A stretch of DNA of 36,250 nt, from IMG/VR virus record IMGVR_UViG_3300005611_000090, positions 1-36,250 of that record, one strand, 5' to 3'. Shown one piece after another: positions 34,822 through 36,250 of this stretch. The position numbers and the translations under genes were made by a program. Below the pieces are notes generated by a model that saw only the letters and a program-made list of their open reading frames with translations, ran no database searches and was not told the DNA's origin. Source of the stretch: a virus (lineage: Duplodnaviria; Caudoviricetes). Each line of letters starts with the position of its first letter. Within the stretch, counting starts at the first letter, position 1.

Positions 34822-35601
34822 TTAGATAATCTCTTCAGATTTTGTTTCTCCAACTTTCTCGTACTTAGGTTTACTTGAACCCGCTGATACTTGTTTTTGA
34901 AACTCTTGAGCCATCATGTATATAGCTGCATCTTTTCCATCAGATACATCTAACATCTTAGATATTGATGGTTTGTATACATGCCAAGTTTTATCTCCTG
35001 CATTTTTTTCTACAGTTTGTAATTTAAAAACTGCAGAGTATGCTGCCGGTTGAAAAGAACCTTTATCATCTGTCATTCTTAAATTAGAAATCAGATCATT
35101 TAGTTTTCTTGCCGGTGTAAGATTAGATGATCTCATAGTGATCACCGCTTTTCTTGGCGCACCATCTACCATTACAATAATGTAGAAGTACATAGTTTTT
35201 TCAATATAGTTACCATTTAGTAGTCTATATTTTATACCACGCATTTCTTCTTTTGCATTAGCAGGTGGAGTTAAATGTGTTCCAACAGGTGCTGATGGAC
35301 TATCACCCATCTCTTGCCACTCTGGATATCTAGTTTGTGTATGTGCTACAATAACTTCGATACCTTTCTCTCCGTCCATAGGTTTACCAAAACTAGCAGA
35401 ATATAACATACCAGGTTCAGCACCTTCTACATGTTTAGGGCTTCTTGAGTTACACTCTGGCGATAGTTGGTGTAAGATTTTCAGAATCGGTGTTGATACG
35501 TCATCTGATTTGATTTCCTCTGCACCTTTACCAGAATCGGCTCTAAGGTTTAGAGTTGCTAGTGCACCTGCACTATTCTTTTTTACGACTTGTTTGTCCA
35601 T
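34822..35601 (-). CDS. Putative single-stranded DNA-binding / recombination protein (259 aa)
   Basis: PILKILHQLSPE...GAEPG...YPEW...MRSSNL..ARKLN pattern, position upstream of primase and helicase, strong AAGGAG SD and its own terminator. Confidence 0.55.
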   Translation of the reverse strand: MDKQVVKKNSAGALATLNLRADSGKGAEEIKSDDVSTPILKILHQLSPECNSRSPKHVEGAEPGMLYSASFGKPMDGEKGIEVIVAHTQTRYPEWQEMGDSPSAPVGTHLTPPANAKEEMRGIKYRLLNGNYIEKTMYFYIIVMVDGAPRKAVITMRSSNLTPARKLNDLISNLRMTDDKGSFQPAAYSAVFKLQTVEKNAGDKTWHVYKPSISKMLDVSDGKDAAIYMMAQEFQKQVSAGSSKPKYEKVGETKSEEII

Positions 35602-35613
35602 ACTATTTACTCC

Positions 35614-35654
35614 TTTATTAGTTTAGTATTTTATTAGTTTATTTTTTATTAGTT
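35614..35654. repeat. Three 10-bp direct repeats (minus strand AACTAATAAA) just upstream of the SD of the SSB-like gene
   Basis: tttattagtt at 35614-35623, 35630-35639 and 35645-35654. Confidence 0.75.
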
Positions 35655-36187
35655 ACACTAGTTCGGTTTCCCTCTAGTGTATTAAACAGATCAGCGGGAA
35701 CTTCATTACCTTTTTCTTTCCATTCACGCATTACTGCAGAGAGTCGAGCGTGGTGAACCTTCTCTTGTTGAGTTGGTTCATAACCACGCTCCCTCGCAAG
35801 GCTAGCGTATTCGACAGCCTTGTTATCTTCGCCTTGGCCAAATGTTACTGTGATGTTATTATCAACAATATCACCTAAGCCATTGTCTCGAAGCCATTGT
35901 ATACCTTCCTCTTTTTTTTCTGCTCTAAAGGAAGCATAAAACTTTTTACCTACTGATAGTTCAGAACCATCTTTTAGTTTCAAAGTTTTTAAATTTTGTT
36001 TCTCCATTATATCTGGAATAACATGTTCACTAATATATTTTTCTTGTTCTTTAAGTTCTTTTAATTTTATTTCTGCTGCTAATATCTGTGCACCAACAGA
36101 TTTAAATTGTTCTATCGCTTCTGATAATTCATTGACATCAACTTTATCAGTTTGATCAGGTGCATCCTGTCTTAAATTTATATTCAT
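35639..36187 (-). CDS. Replication-module hypothetical protein (182 aa)
   Basis: N-terminal coiled coil, WLRDNGLGDIV and VHHARLSA motifs, AAAGGA SD. Confidence 0.7.
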   Translation of the reverse strand: MNINLRQDAPDQTDKVDVNELSEAIEQFKSVGAQILAAEIKLKELKEQEKYISEHVIPDIMEKQNLKTLKLKDGSELSVGKKFYASFRAEKKEEGIQWLRDNGLGDIVDNNITVTFGQGEDNKAVEYASLARERGYEPTQQEKVHHARLSAVMREWKEKGNEVPADLFNTLEGNRTSVTNKK

Positions 36188-36206
36188 AATATTTCCTTTC
36201 GTAAAA

Positions 36207-36236
36207 GGTATATATAGGAGAATTTTATATTGTCAA
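36207..36236 (-). promoter_or_regulatory. Sigma70-like promoter of the replication operon
   Basis: Perfect TTGACA (36236-36231) followed after 16-18 nt by TATATA/TATACC, then AAAGGAAA SD and ATG 36187. Confidence 0.65.
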
Positions 36237-36250
36237 CTAGTTTTGAAAAA

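Overview
The window is about 36 kb of an AT-rich tailed phage genome. Nearly all credible genes are on the minus strand and tightly coupled by TAATG or ATGA overlaps. In transcription order (right to left) it holds: (1) a replication module with an SSB-like protein, AEP-type primase, SF1 helicase, DUF3310-like protein and family A DNA polymerase with Leu at the 762-equivalent site; (2) small Cys-rich genes; (3) a candidate lysis cassette with a peptidase M15 endolysin; (4) head-tail adaptors and tail proteins; (5) a 7.5 kb array of short paralogous fibre or receptor-binding modules with cognate chaperones; (6) a long tail fibre and a tail nozzle-like protein; (7) a glycosyltransferase-cupin-glycosyltransferase cassette; (8) putative ejection or internal virion proteins; (9) the start of a PD-(D/E)XK-like exonuclease. 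Gene content and composition resemble marine podoviruses of SAR11-type hosts, which is an inference. No terminase, portal, major capsid, integrase, tRNA or CRISPR array was recognised. Eight small or partial ORFs missing from the supplied track were read by hand. The most notable leads are a 44-aa peptide ending in an RNR-alpha-like DECLSCQ tail, an ArfA-like basic peptide, the modular fibre cassette array, the hydroxylase/glycosyltransferase cassette, and a set of TTGATA-type internal promoters.
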